DNA of 63,505 nucleotides, filler included, from Octopus bimaculoides (GCF_001194135.2; 5 parts of 5 records of this genome joined end to end with filler, not necessarily neighbours in it), one strand, 5' to 3'; positions 26,681 to 40,615 are shown, counted from the whole stretch's first letter. Notes: generated from the sequence alone by a model not told the origin. Numbers and translations are program-made.

Positions 26681-26765
26681 AGGCAAAGAGCTGCCTGAAA
26701 CGTTAGTACGCCGGCCGAAGTGCTTAGAAGCACTTCGTCTCTCTCTTACGTACTGAGTTCAAATT
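26681..26765 (+). mobile_element. SINE family B head, runs into a gap
   Basis: AGGCAAAGAGCTGCCTGAAACGTTAGTACGCCGGCCGAAGTGCTTAG...CTGAGTTCAAATT. Confidence 0.8.
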
Positions 26766-27097
26766 ATATATTNNNNNNNNNNNNNNNNNNNNNNNNNNNN
26801 NNNNNNNNNNNNNNNNNNNNNNNNNNNNNNNNNNNNNNNNNNNNNNNNNNNNNNNNNNNNNNNNNNNNNNNNNNNNNNNNNNNNNNNNNNNNNNNNNNNN
26901 NNNNNNNNNNNNNNNNNNNNNNNNNNNNNNNNNNNNNNNNNNNNNNNNNNNNNNNNNNNNNNNNNNNNNNNNNNNNNNNNNNNNNNNNNNNNNNNNNNNN
27001 NNNNNNNNNNNNNNNNNNNNNNNNNNNNNNNNNNNNNNNNNNNNNNNNNNNNNNNNNNNNNNNNNNNNNNTATATATATATATATATATATACTTAT

Positions 27098-27480
27098 TGG
27101 CTGTGTGGTAAGTAGCTTGCTTACCAACCACATGGTTCTGGGTTCAGTCCCAATGCGTGACACATTGGGCAGGTGTCATCTACTATGGCCTCGGGCTGAC
27201 CAAAGCCTTTTGAGTGGATTTGGTAGACGGAAACTGGATGAATCCCGTCGTATATATGTGTATGTATATATATGTGTGTGTGTTTGTGTGTCTGTGTTTG
27301 TCCACCCAACACCGCTTGACAACCGATGGTGGTGTGTTTACGTCCCCGTAAATTAGCGGCTCGGCAAAAGTGACCGATGGAATAAGTACTAAGCTTACAA
27401 AAATAAGACCTGGCGTCGATTTGCTCGACTAAAGGCGGTGCTCTACCATGGCCTCAGTCAAATGACTGAAACAAGTAAAA
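27098..27480 (+). mobile_element. SINE family A, near full length, ungapped
   Basis: TGGCTGTGTGGTAAG (A box-like), GGTTCAGTCCC (B box-like), TTGGGCAGGTGTC, short internal TA/TG tract, tail to GAAACAAGTAAAA. Confidence 0.95.
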
Positions 27481-29113
27481 TATTAGAAGAGTATATATAT
27501 TCATATTATACTTATTTCAGAGGATAATCTTATTTCCAGGACATTGATCTCTTGAACTTTCAGTGTGATATCATTAACAATTTCTTGGCTGGTACAGAAT
27601 GCAATTCTTTGTAAAATTCGCACCAAAACGCTTATGTAGTGAAAAGTATATATTTCGCATTACGTTTCAATCATTATAGATCATCATACATGCTGTCAGA
27701 GGTTTTCGTATATACATATTGCTTTACTATAGATATACTACACCCTTATATAGATACTTGTGCATAATTGTGAACTCGCAACGCCTATATTTTACAAATT
27801 ATACTTTATATAATTTTCCAATTCTCATGTTTTTTATTTCATTTATGAGGCTAACATAATTTTGATATCAATGATAAAGGTGATTATACGATTCCATTTT
27901 CAATTAGGATACTTAATTTTTGCAGATCAGAGGAGTCCATTTTCTAAAGTTGAATGTTATTAAACGAAACATTAGTTGACATTAAAAGTCTAGAGTCATT
28001 TCAATTACTTTATATTACACTTAATAGACCCAGCTGGTATTTGTCAAACTTCCTTCAATTCGGATAACATCTCTTTTTTGTAAATTGTCCCGTGAGCTGT
28101 GTTTGAGTTTAGCATTTAAATGACATTTAAAATTATAAATTTCGTGTCAAATTTCACACTCCTCAATATTGCTAGCATTCTTTGTCTTGAACCGATTCTT
28201 ATTTTTCTATCATTATATCTTATGTTATTTCGCAAGCGTGGATCTCTTCATTTCAAACTTCCTCCACCGAAAGTAGCAATTACTGCAGTATTGCAGCACG
28301 GAATGAGACGATATTGATTTTTAATACATGTCAAACAAAAATACGCATTAAAAATATCTTCTTAAGCTAAACTGATTCGTCTATATTGTATATGGCAAGA
28401 CTTTTTTAACTGAAAGCAGTGATCTATATTACTTAAAAGTGACTGCGAGCTGCAAAGGCTAAGAAATAAATCACTGCATAGATGAATGTAGGATCTTGTT
28501 TCCATTGGTAGTTCTATGAATCTCACATCTCCTATATCACTAATTTTACTTGAGGAACGAAACAATAGTACATATTTTGCAGCCATGTAATATATAATGT
28601 TTTACATAACCAAGAAAGAAGAAGAAGAATGAAATTTCTGTGATTATGGTTACGATTAAAATGCTGCTGAAATGTTTGTAATGTAATTAAGCGATCACAG
28701 CATGTTGCTTATTGTGTTATTCTTGAGATGATGAAATGTAGGTATAACTTTGGGAAAATTGCGAAATTTGAACAGTCAGAACACACTAGATACAGTAGGC
28801 CCTCCTGTGTAATTTCACAACCAAATTTGTCACTCATTATCACGCTTGTGGAAACTTACACAATTTCCACTTCTGTAATTACAGACGAGAGATGGTAAGA
28901 TGAATACAGTTAATGTAAGAATCACGGAAGCAATGATCCAGCCGCAAACGTATACATGTATATTGCAGAAATTCTCAGACAGACAGATAGTCATATACAA
29001 GCACAGAGACGAACATACACAAAATAAATATATAATATATTCATATACACGCACAAACACACACACACACACACACAGAATATATATTCCATATAGGAAA
29101 TAAATGTGTATAT

Positions 29114-29278
29114 AGTAGCATTAGTGGCTGCGTGGCAAGTAGCTTGCTTAACAACCACATGGCTCCGGGTTCTATCCCACTGTGTGGAAGCTTGGGCAAG
29201 TGTCTTCTACTATAGCCTCGCGCCAACCAAAGCCTTGTGAGTGGATTTGGTAGAGAGAAACGGAAAGAAGCCTGTCGT
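29114..29278 (+). mobile_element. SINE family A 5' half, ends at a gap
   Basis: AGTGGCTGCGTGGCAAGTAGCTTGC...GAAGCCTGTCG followed by N run. Confidence 0.9.
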
Positions 29279-32200
29279 ATNNNNNNNNNNNNNNNNNNNN
29301 NNNNNNNNNNNNNNNNNNNNNNNNNNNNNNNNNNNNNNNNNNNNNNNNNNNNNNNNNNNNNNNNNNNNNNNNNNNNNNNNNNNNNNNNNNNNNNNNNNNN
29401 NNNNNNNNNNNNNNNNNNNNNNNNNNNNNNNNNNNNNNNNNNNNNNNNNNNNNNNNNNNNNNNNNNNNNNNNNNNNNNNNNNNNNNNNNNNNNNNNNNNN
29501 NNNNNNNNNNNNNNNNNNNNNNNNNNNNNNNNNNNNNNNNNNNNNNNNNNNNNNNNNNNNNNNNNNNNNNNNNNNNNNNNNNNNNNNNNNNNNNNNNNNN
29601 NNNNNATATATATATATATATATATATAAGTATGTATGTAAGTATGTATATATATGAATCTTTAAATCTTGTAAGTTCACAGACACATACACACATAGGC
29701 TCACACACACACACATACGCACACACACACACACACACATATATATATAATTCTTACTTAGATGCGTATTGTTATTTTTGTGTAAGCAAGTGACTAGTCC
29801 GTACATGTTGTCGATAAGGTTGCAGAAAGACTAAGAAATATCTTACCTACACGGGGAAACGGGTGTTAAAAACTGCTCTATAATATAAACGCCACGTTAT
29901 TTTATCAAGCCCATTAAAAAAATAAAGATACGTCGATAGATGGATATGTAAAACTTAAGACACACGTAATGGACAATATTTGTGTTTCATTAGTCTAATA
30001 AGTAGGATAAGTTTGCATCCTTCTTATGTTCCAAAACGCAAGTCTGCAGAATCACCTGATAAACAAATGTCTACAATTTGAAGAAAACTACGCTAATGAT
30101 ATTTTTCTTTGTTGCATAATTATATTGCAAACGTCAAAACTCCATTTATTCAAGCAAGATTCGTAAAACACTATGTAATTTGATATAATTTTACAGTCTC
30201 TATAAAGCATTGAATATTTATAATAATTCTTTATTCTACCAAAAATAACGGCAACAGTCATAAATTTATAGTCAAAAATAAAATAAAACCAAAAACGAAA
30301 ACACACCTTATTTGAAAGGAAAATCTGTATAAAATATTACTTCTGTTTATAACTCCGTGTGAAAATAGATTTCTTAGTATCACTTCTAAGAATAAACAAA
30401 GCAAGTAAAAATGGGTTCCGTTGAATTCTGCTTCACTAGACAGAAGAAATCAAATAAAAATATATTATTCCTTTTGTGCACTACTCTGTATATGTTCTAT
30501 ATTCGTGTTTAAATGCAGATATGGATATACAAATATGGAGGATAATATCATTTTAAGTAATCTATTCCATGATTGTTCTTAATATAATCTGTATCCAGAG
30601 TCCACTGAGGTAAGTAAATGACCTCAATTTATGCGTAAAAGTAGGTAGTGCTCGAAAGTCTTGCTTTGTCTGTCTTTCTTTCTTTCTTTGTGTCTCTTTC
30701 ACACACACACACACACATACGAACATAATATAGTGTATATTTGCGCGTGCGTATACACACACTCATATATATACAATTATTTATGTATCTCTATGTATAT
30801 ATATATANNNNNNNNNNNNNNNNNNNNNNNNNNNNNNNNNNNNNNNNNNNNTTAATTAATTAANNNNNNNNNNNNNNNNNNNNNNNNNNNNNNNNNNNNN
30901 NNNNNNNATATATATATATATATAATCACCTACGCAGTTTGTGCTTGCTTAATTCCACGCAAAATATACCGATTAACTCAAGGATACAGTCGAAAGCATT
31001 TGATTTATCCCTCAATGATATACAACTCAGAAACATATGGCTGCTATGCCAACATAAGCTTGCAAAATGTCAGCCTTAGGCTTATTCTTGTAGATGGATA
31101 TATTCAATTCATTACAAATAATACTGAACCTCAACAGAGCAATAAATACAATGTTAATTACTAGTGAATATACCAGAGTTCTAAGTGTTAAATGCAAACT
31201 TATCCAGCTCAATTCGGTTTTTATTTTATATTTTCATTTAAATGAGACATACAAGAGAGTTGAATTTTAATAAGTATTTACTTTTGAGTGGTATTTTCGC
31301 ATTGAAAAATGCGAAAACAATTGCAAACCATTTCTAATTTTAACTTTTTCAATGTTATATACAGTATTCACTTATTCCTTAAGAGATTTATAGCATATAC
31401 GCGCAAATGTTGACTTTCGGAACAGCGTCTTCGCTTGCTAATGGTAGCAGCCAAGTATTCTTCAAGTCACGGCTTACCGCATGAAAGGAAAGATAGCTGA
31501 CATTCTAAATGGAGTTGTAAAATTCTCAGAGGAGGATTTGTTTTGATCATTAAGTATGCTTGATTAAAATTGCCATGGGGCTAACTAGTTCCGATAACAG
31601 CTCTCTATTAAGTTTCGCACCCCAAATGAATATTATATCGTATATTAACTACAGCTATAATGAACAAAAATGTTCATTACAGTTTTCCACGTTACACTTA
31701 ATATTGTTTATCCGTTATATAACTTCTTAATTTATATTTTATCGTTGATAATAGATATAATTTTTGGTTTTTATTGTAAAATATATGTTATCTTAAAGTT
31801 GAGCAATTCAATGACAAATAATTTTTTTTTAAACCATTGAATTCCAAGGAAATACTGAAGATATTTCGCTGACAAAGGAACTCTCTTGAAACAAAAAAAA
31901 AGAAACAACAATTTCTGCAAAATACACAAAAGCATATCACATTAACGATTGCTTTGATATACTTCACTTATATATTTCTTTTTTTTTTTTCCTACTATAA
32001 AATCCCTACATTAATCACCTTAATATTACATTAAGCAGTGGTAATGTCATTTTATAGAAAACTACGTGCATATCTGTCAGCTAGACTATCTTGCATTCCG
32101 ACTTAATGTATGGAATAACAGTATCACCCTTAATATCCAAACAATGTTGTAAAAGAACGTAGAAGAACATTCTAAACAGGGTGATGGATGAGTATAAATT

Positions 32201-33194
32201 ACATTGAGTGTAATGACCACGCTAATAGCCTATTCTCAAATGATAAATTGTTAATATACGAGGATATTAACGAATTAAAGAACCTAAACTTAACATTATA
32301 TTATCAAATATGCTTCCACAATATAGTAGTGATGCATTATTCGCGAAAGCCTGTAACATTCAGATATTTTCAGTATTGTGTCAAATAATATATATCGCAT
32401 ACTTATGCATTCTCTCGTCACAATAACTCGAACATATTAAAATGCATTTATATATACTATCTCAACTTAAGTGAAGGCATTCAGTAATCAGATTTCAATA
32501 TAAACCCTGACCTTGTATTATCGTGGGGAAACATTTTGAGGGCTTTTTATTTCATTATTAACGGATATCAAAAGTTCTCACGCATGTATATTCATATTAT
32601 GTAAAGGAGTTTTCATACCAGAACTATTGATTATTTGGATATTTATTAGTTGTTAGAGGTATGCAAACTCATAATAAATATATTTCCAATCAATATATTG
32701 CTGGCAATTTTTCATTAGTTATTGGTTTGGGTTCCATTTATAAATGTTGTCTTTTCGTTATGTTGTATTCATGGAAAAACATGGATCCAGAAATGCCAAA
32801 ATGGGAGCCAAAATTGCAGGAGCTGCTTTCATGTATATATTTACAACAGAATCGAAATTCTGTCAACATGCCATTTAGTATACCTACGATTTCTAAAATA
32901 ACAATTCCATTACTATTGAATAATTCCTTGCCTATAGCACTCCTGTAATATATACAAGGCGGTCCAAAGTTGTTTTAAAAACTACTATCCTTGGTAGCAT
33001 AGTCAGGAGAATAAAGCAATAGTATACTCATACTAAAAACCTATATTTGGCTTTTTCTCAGAAAGTATGCTACGACATTCATTAATGCTGTTGTATAAGA
33101 AGCACATCAGGAATGATTTGGAGAAGATATATTTAATGTATAATGCCAAGAATATTGATGAAAATGTTATTTGATTCAATAATTCGTGGTATTC

Positions 33195-33420
33195 AGGCGG
33201 TGTGCTGGCAAAATCGTTAGGATGTCGGGCATAATGCTTGGCGGCATTTCGTTCGTCTATACGTTCTGATTTACAAATTCTGCCGAGGAATTTGAAATTC
33301 GGGACGTAAATTCTTTTGGGGTCAATAACATAAGTACCAGTTTGAGTACTGGGGCTGATGTAAAGAACTTAACACCTCCACTCCCCAGAATTGTTGGTCG
33401 CGTGCCAAAATATGAATGCA
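33195..33420 (+). mobile_element. SINE family B, diverged copy
   Basis: AGGCGGTGTGCTGGCAAAATCGTTAGG...AATTCTGCCGAGG...TAAGTACCAG. Confidence 0.8.
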
Positions 33421-34677
33421 ATACTTCGATGTATTTTCAGGTTATAGCAAGTTCTAGTTGTTTTTCATTTCATTTTTGTGGCTAACAAATATATAATACA
33501 TATATTTCCAACCTTGTAATCTATGAAAGTTATTTTTGCCACACCATTCGCAATAAGTGGGCAAGTAAAAGGAAAATATAAAATTCAATTACTATGACTA
33601 TAAGTAATCATTTATCCTACTAAACTTCTTGTGAAATGAACTTGGAATTATATCTTAACGTTTTCAAACGAAAGGGCACATCAGAAAAGCTCAATCTTCA
33701 TTACACTACAGCATCATAAAAATTTAACAAACAAAAAAATGTATACATCTATAATGCATTTGATTCTATGACTGCTGCAACTGGAATGGTACGAGCCATA
33801 ATAACACTCGCAACTAAACAAAACGTATCTGCCTGTTTGTTAGTATAACATTTCAGTTGATCCCGGCTACTTTTCTAATAAAATCCGTATTCAAACATAG
33901 CGCTGTAATTATTGATGTTAACGAAAATAATTATAAAATCTCCTAAATAGAATGGTTTCATATGTCACCAGTCCCTTTCAAATGACGACCAGCGATTCAA
34001 AGAACAAAATATATGTAAATTATGTAAATACAACATATTTCAGCATTACGTTAATAATTCATGTTCTATTTAAATATAACATATTTCAGCATCACATTAA
34101 TAATTCATGTTCTATATATATGTTTAGATATTTTGGAATAAGAGTAAATGATTTCCTCCCAGCATGACCCCATGATAAGAACCTTAGATGTTCTAATGAT
34201 GGCATTACATCTTGAGGACTACTCCAACGTTATTTTATAACATAATATTAAGCAAATACAAGTGAGATCATACTAGGCTTTTAGTTAAAATGCAATTTAC
34301 ATTGAAATCTGGAAACCAATGGAAAATGTGTCTTCCAAGTCGATTTTTTAAAAAATTATTTTTTGTAACGATAGGTTGTCTAAATATAACTGATACTTTT
34401 CTCCTCTGTTTACTGTTAGCATCAATAAATTCATATAGCTCCTCTTCCCGCAAGCAATGTATTAGGAATTAATAATTCTTAATATGTATTTCCGAAAAGT
34501 TTTTCTGTTGTACAAATACCCAATAAATAGCCAAGAGGAAAACATCGTAATACACTTTTGGAAATCTGAATGCTGTTATATTGCACCCCTCCCCCCATCC
34601 AAAAAAAAAACAAAAACACGAATACCTGAATTCCGTAATGTATATATATATATAACACTGAGAAAAAAACCATTGAA

Positions 34678-35225
34678 AGTACCATCTAGAGATTTTATTA
34701 CCGTCGTGGGCTCAGGTCAGCGGATCCGTTTCAAGAAAAAGAACAAGAAACTTCCTGTGGGAGATGAACAGTGGAACGACTATTGGGAAGTGACTGCAGA
34801 TTTACCTGGGTGTCAGGGATTCTTTCCCATCCCAGTTACGGGAAAATCGGACATTTTAATGTTGTGTGAAAGAAGGAAAGTTGTCAATCTAGTCGAGTTA
34901 ACAGTTCCTCATGAAGATAACATGGACGCCGCGCGGGCTCCAAAGATTGACCGTTATGTAAACCTCCTCGAGAAATGTGAAGACGCAAGCTGGAAAGTGC
35001 AGCATTTTCCAATCGAAGTTGGATGTAGAGGGTTTGTAGGACACAATGTGAGACGACTGCTGTTGTCGTTAGGCCTAACTCATCGTAAGGTAAATACCAC
35101 CATGAGTGATACCCAAAATACAGTGGAGAAGGCTAGCCACTGGATTTGGTTAAAAAGAGACGATGAGCGATGCGGAGTTCTCGACTGGTAGCACTTGCAT
35201 GTGTGACTTGTTCGCAAGACATATA
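34678..35225 (+). mobile_element. HERO-like RLE non-LTR retrotransposon, 5'-truncated 3' end
   Basis: Open frame to the stop at 35191: WEVTADLPG..FP..VTGKSDILM...VNLVELTVPHEDNMDAARAPKIDRY..L...CEDASWK..HFPIEVGCRGFVG...LGL...VEKASHWIWLKR. This matches the HERO/RLE pattern (RPDIVL..ELTVPWE..K..KY..PIEVGCRGF..AS.WIW). Confidence 0.85.
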
Positions 35226-38200
35226 CAACCAAGGACACACACAAATACATATGTATATACATATATACATACAAACGTTCATAAAATACATACATATAGA
35301 TGCATTCATATAACGAATAGCAACGTCACTGGAGTATTCTTTCTTTTATCTTGGAATTCGTATTCCAATACCGCTGACTATGAGTTTGCTTTAAAATTCC
35401 GTGATTGAAAAGTAAGTTGCCTGTGTCGGTTGGGTGATGGAAGAACTAGAGAGTCGGATGTGAATCTTTTAAATTTTTTCTTGCTCCTTGCATTTTCAGT
35501 ACAAATTAGACCATATAACTTTTTGTGACAGTCATTATTTGGCGCGCAGTAGTCAGTAAGCAACTGTTGCTTTTCTTAGATTCTAATACATTACTTGTAT
35601 TCGAGTTGTGTCAGCAAGGTCCCGATTTGATGATTTGATGATTCAATGACTCCTCATCTACACTGATACAAGGGAGTTGCCACGCATCTAGAAAGGTATG
35701 TGTGTGCGCGAGTGTGTTTGTGTGTGCGTGTGTGCGTCGTGCGTTTATCCACACATACAAACACACACACACAATGAGAAAATACAGAACAAGGAAGAAA
35801 GAGGTAAATAAAATCGGAAAAAGAAATAGTTGCAAATCCTTTGTCGAAAGGATTATCAATCTAGTAGGTATAAGATAATATTCATCAAGGAGGAAGCCAA
35901 AGCCTTTGATACAGTTACTCGGTCTCCAGACTGAGTAACAGCGTTTGATAAAAGAATTTTGTTAATGTGTTTGTATTTCTTACCATTTCAGATCTGCGAT
36001 TAAATAGTTTGGTGGGATTCTTGAATCTAAAAAGAATCTGAGAATGTTCAATCATACACTAGTTTGCATCACTTTAATCCATTACCATATGGCATAGATT
36101 TCTATCAAGGCTTCATCTTATTGCTGTTGGTCTTCGGATCCCACAAATGGCTAGCCAGCCTTGTGGGTTTCTTTTTGCCCAAAAGTCGAAAAGAAAGCCA
36201 GCGTTTTGCATATCTTCTTTTAAAATTGCCTTCGCATAAACTTATGTAAATTTTCCAGGTTTATCGAATGTATATTCATCACAATTGTGATAGACGCACA
36301 AATGATACATTTAAGAAGAATCTCATTCATACTTTCAGTACATCGAGGAACGTAACACTTGGTTTCCCTGATATGCGTGTGTGTTGGTGTGTTTATGTCT
36401 CCGCAACTATTTGCATGAAACTATAAGTAGCTCATATTTAAATATTGTGTATACAACAAGCTATATGTTTACATATGTGTGTGTGAGAGAGTGTGTGTGT
36501 GAGTGTGTGTGAGAGAGTTTGTGCGCGTGTGTATGCGTGTGTGTATGAGCGCTTGTGTGCGCTTGAGTTTGTGTGTTCTCGTACTGACATAGCCACACTA
36601 TACACACATACAAACATATACATAGTCACAGACATACGCTCATATACACATGAAAGTACGTAGTTAGGTCGCTGGCCTCACGTTCATATGACTGTTTGCG
36701 CGTTTTCGCATACGAGATAATTTCATGTTGCTTTAGTCAATCTTGAATAAAATAAGTACTAGCCTAGAGCTTGTGAATTCTTTTGTCTATGCAGCTGCGA
36801 CGTACCCGCTTGGACAAGTGTATGCGGGGCGAGCGAGTGTGAGGGAGAGATAGAGATGGAACAATACATTAAGAGAGAAAGAGAGAGAGAGAGAGAGAGA
36901 CAGAAAGAGAGAGAGAGAGCGGTGGCATATATCCTCATGGATACATACACGTGTAAAACAATTAACGAAAGTGTGAATGAAAATACCATGTTATGTTCGA
37001 TTGCGACTGACAGATAAACATTGATATCAGTAAAATGTATTTCGTCAACAACTACAACCTGAATTTTTTTACATTACAAAGGTGCAGACAAGACTGTATG
37101 GTTAAGGAATTCACTTCTCAACTACGATGTGCCACTATGTGCCACTTTGATCAAGTCTCTTCTACCGTAGTTTTGATTTAGCCAATCACATATGAGTGAA
37201 ATATGGATTAGGAGAATTTAGATGTTATTAGTTGTGTAATTATACGTGTAAGAGATTATGTGTCTGTTTTTTTTATTATTCTGTATTTAGGTCTGCCAGT
37301 GTAAACCTGTAAGTTTTGTGACATTTCGGTTGGTAATGTTCGATAATTTTCAAATTCTTCAATACAACACTGAGTCAGATCAGGGATCTCATTACGGACT
37401 GATGGGACCTAATACTGGTACCACGTAAACCCTGTTTCATGGTCGAGCGTTCGGCGATGAAACGAGCTCTAAACCACACACAAACACACCCACAAACACA
37501 CTTCAATAGATTGCTACTCTTGTGAAGTGGGTGCTCAGACACCCAGCAGGAATACAAACAAGACATGACCAAGGCCGAAGGAGCTGCTTGTGATCTAACA
37601 GCAATCCAGTTGAGGATGGCAATGGCAACCTTTGACAAAGTTTCTGTGTAAAAATATGTGTAAGTCAGAACGAAGTAACACTACCGCTTCATCCAGTAGG
37701 GAAATTCGCGCGTGATTGGGATGAATTTCTTTGTAGTGTTATCATCGTGCTGGAAATGAGGAACATGCATGACAATGACGAATACAACATTCACATGTAC
37801 ATATGACAGGAATTTTTATGGTTATTCTGTATGTATATACGCATATATTGCTCACAGTAGGCGGGAATTTTATTTATAATTCAACGTACTGAAGTTCTCA
37901 ATGTGGATATGACTAATATATTCTTCAGCACGATTATATTTTACATTAGTTGTAATTAAATTAAAACTTGCGTAACATATCTTTGTTTATCTCAGAAACT
38001 GATCATTACCCCAAATCATACTGAATAATTCATTTCTTCTGAGACAAAACACCCATCTAGAAGGTGAAGCATGCATAGAATTCTAATATCAGTAATATAC
38101 ATAGTTGTATTTACTTCTCTAATATTACTGTTTATTAAATGAATTTTTCTTCCACCACTAGAATCAACTAATAGAGAAATATACATGCAGATACTGCCAA

Positions 38201-39939
38201 ACTTGAGAGCTGTCTAACTGACATCCGTTGTAAATCACAGTGGCTGATTACTCAGCAGTGTATTCCTCTATATTGTAGAGGAATATAGTGTGTTGAAGCA
38301 ACATTCAGGGTGTTCTGTCTCCATCACATCAGCTTAAGTGACTTGAATTGCTTTTTCTCAAATTGGATATAGTTTATCTTTCATTTTCAATAAAGGTAGC
38401 TGGAACAACCGAGTCGTTTTTTTTATAAATGCTGATATAATGGAATCTCTGCTCGCGGCTGGATGTTACATAAATCAAAAATAAAATATTGCGTTGATAT
38501 CGAATGCAATTGGTTAAGCTGTGATTCTTGTATAGAGAAAATTGAGTGGATGCTTCGCATATATTTAGTAGTTACTTCATGATGGAAAAGTCTTGTGTAA
38601 GATGTCTTTATAATATTATATGAGCTCGTTAGTAGAGATTTCTTTTGAAATAATATTAGCTTATCCAATATATAAGGATATATAGAAAGAGAAAAGTTTT
38701 TGATTTTGAGGGCAATGTTAGTGGTTCAGACAATGTTGACAGTACATGTATATTGATCAGTAATATATTTAATACAGGCATCGAATATTTGTCTGTCGAA
38801 TTAACACCTGCAGCAAATTCTGATAAAAATCTTTGGGTGACCATAACAAAATCAGCTCGAACTATTCACCAGCGTTGATGCTCATCTTCGTATATCAGTA
38901 AATCATCTGTTGAGGTTTCTTGGTTCATTTGTCTGCATCAAGTTTAAGGAGCCTAGGGTAATTAATTGGATCACAGTTTTTCGAAATAGTGTAGTGAATT
39001 TTATTTTGGAGAATATTTTAGGACGAATTCGCGATGGACATCATAGAGTCTTATTTTCCTTCAATATTCAGAGCAGTGTTAAACGCCGGTCTAGAAACAT
39101 TTTGTCACCAAATTCAGTACATAAACCATACAATAACGATGGAACGCATTGCACATTAGATCCGATATACGTCATATTCCCACAAGCATGTGATTACATT
39201 GCAGAGGGAAGAACAGACCATCAGACATCATGTGTTTTCATATTACTGCTTTGTTCTTCGTACGTGTCCGTAGGGAAGGACTCCGCAAGGTCAGGTGGAT
39301 GTAGAGAACTTGCCAAGCACCATTTCAACAAAAGCTCCATCAGCATCATGATTCAGCAAATAGTACATTTTCCATTTTTTTAATTATTCTATTTGCCATG
39401 CACTACAGCATTTTAAAAGAAATAGTCCCCATTGTTCCATGCTTCTCAGCAACTTCTCTTCGAGTATATATATATTTTTTTTATTTACCTTGTCTTGTAC
39501 GCCGATACTTATTACATCCATCTTCTACTTTAAGTAACCTCTGAATCAATTGTGGAATGAAATTAGGCATTAAGATGCTTCGTGATAGGCATTCTATTAT
39601 TAAGATCTCTTATATATTGAATGAAAATAGCACAGTATAAAGATAATAGGTAATATAAATTTCGTGGAAAATACACTAAATACCGTATTTGATGCATTTG
39701 TAAGAAGAAATAATTCAATAAAAAAACGGAGAAATAAGAATTTAAATAATTTCCTGAACATATGTTTCGTGAAAATGTAGATAGATGCAGATTAATAAAT
39801 TAATCAAAAGTGACAAATACTGCACATATGCCGAAATGAAGCACAAACACAAAAAAAATGGTAATAGAAATTACATATGTTGCCCATAAGAGTGTTGCAT
39901 TCAAATGTTCAACTGGTTAAAATTAGCATCTTTTATCGC

Positions 39940-40105
39940 CAAATCGCAGACCATGGTTTTTATTTTTTTTGTTTTATTTCTTTTTTTAATTTTTTTTTTT
40001 GAAAACAAAGTCCTTGTTTTAGTCAACCTAGGGCGTTGAAGAAAAAGGAAACGAATTGGAATCATTATGGCAGGAAAGCCTTTGATCGTTGTATTACTTG
40101 CGTAA
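39940..40105 (-). mobile_element. Third dispersed repeat family (C), diverged fragment
   Basis: Minus strand ACGATCAAAGGCTTTCCTGCCATAATGATTCC resembles ACGACCAAAGGCGTTCCGGCCGTAACCATCCC at 47.66 kb. Confidence 0.45.
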
Positions 40106-40615
40106 TGCAAAAGCGATGTCATATATAACTTTTGCAGTTATATCTCATTGCTATTTTTAATAATAATTCTTCAAACAAACAGCATGATATTAACATGTCT
40201 TTTATATTTACCTCCAAAAATTAATCGCTAATAACATATAAAAGATTAAGTTTTACCAATAAATTTTTCTCATGATAACTTTAAATTATACACTTTATTA
40301 TGCACTAGCACAGGTAATTACAAATGTCGGGCCAAATTTCTCTGGAATAAAATACACCTGTGGTGAATAAATGAAATGATGCGTAATGATGCCTAATGGA
40401 TTGAAAACACCTTCATTGGATGCACAAAGAAACTGGCTTAATTTAAAACATTGAAGATGGTATTTAGTTAGATATACCTATTTCGAATTTGTAGAAAATC
40501 AATGTGAGAGGGATATCAAATTTCATCACTATCTTTTGAACATAACCATCTCGTGTTATGAAAACTAAATATTAAATATTGTTTCTTGTATTAAGATTCT
40601 TACACTAAATTAATA

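Noticed and set aside
12496-29278. tRNA-like A/B boxes in SINE heads as tRNA genes
   Set aside because: No cloverleaf; they continue into SINE bodies.
38700-39383. 157-aa ORF and neighbouring moderately complex sequence
   Set aside because: No motif recognised in any of six frames; the opposite frames have many stops. It may be an old TE but I cannot support a call.
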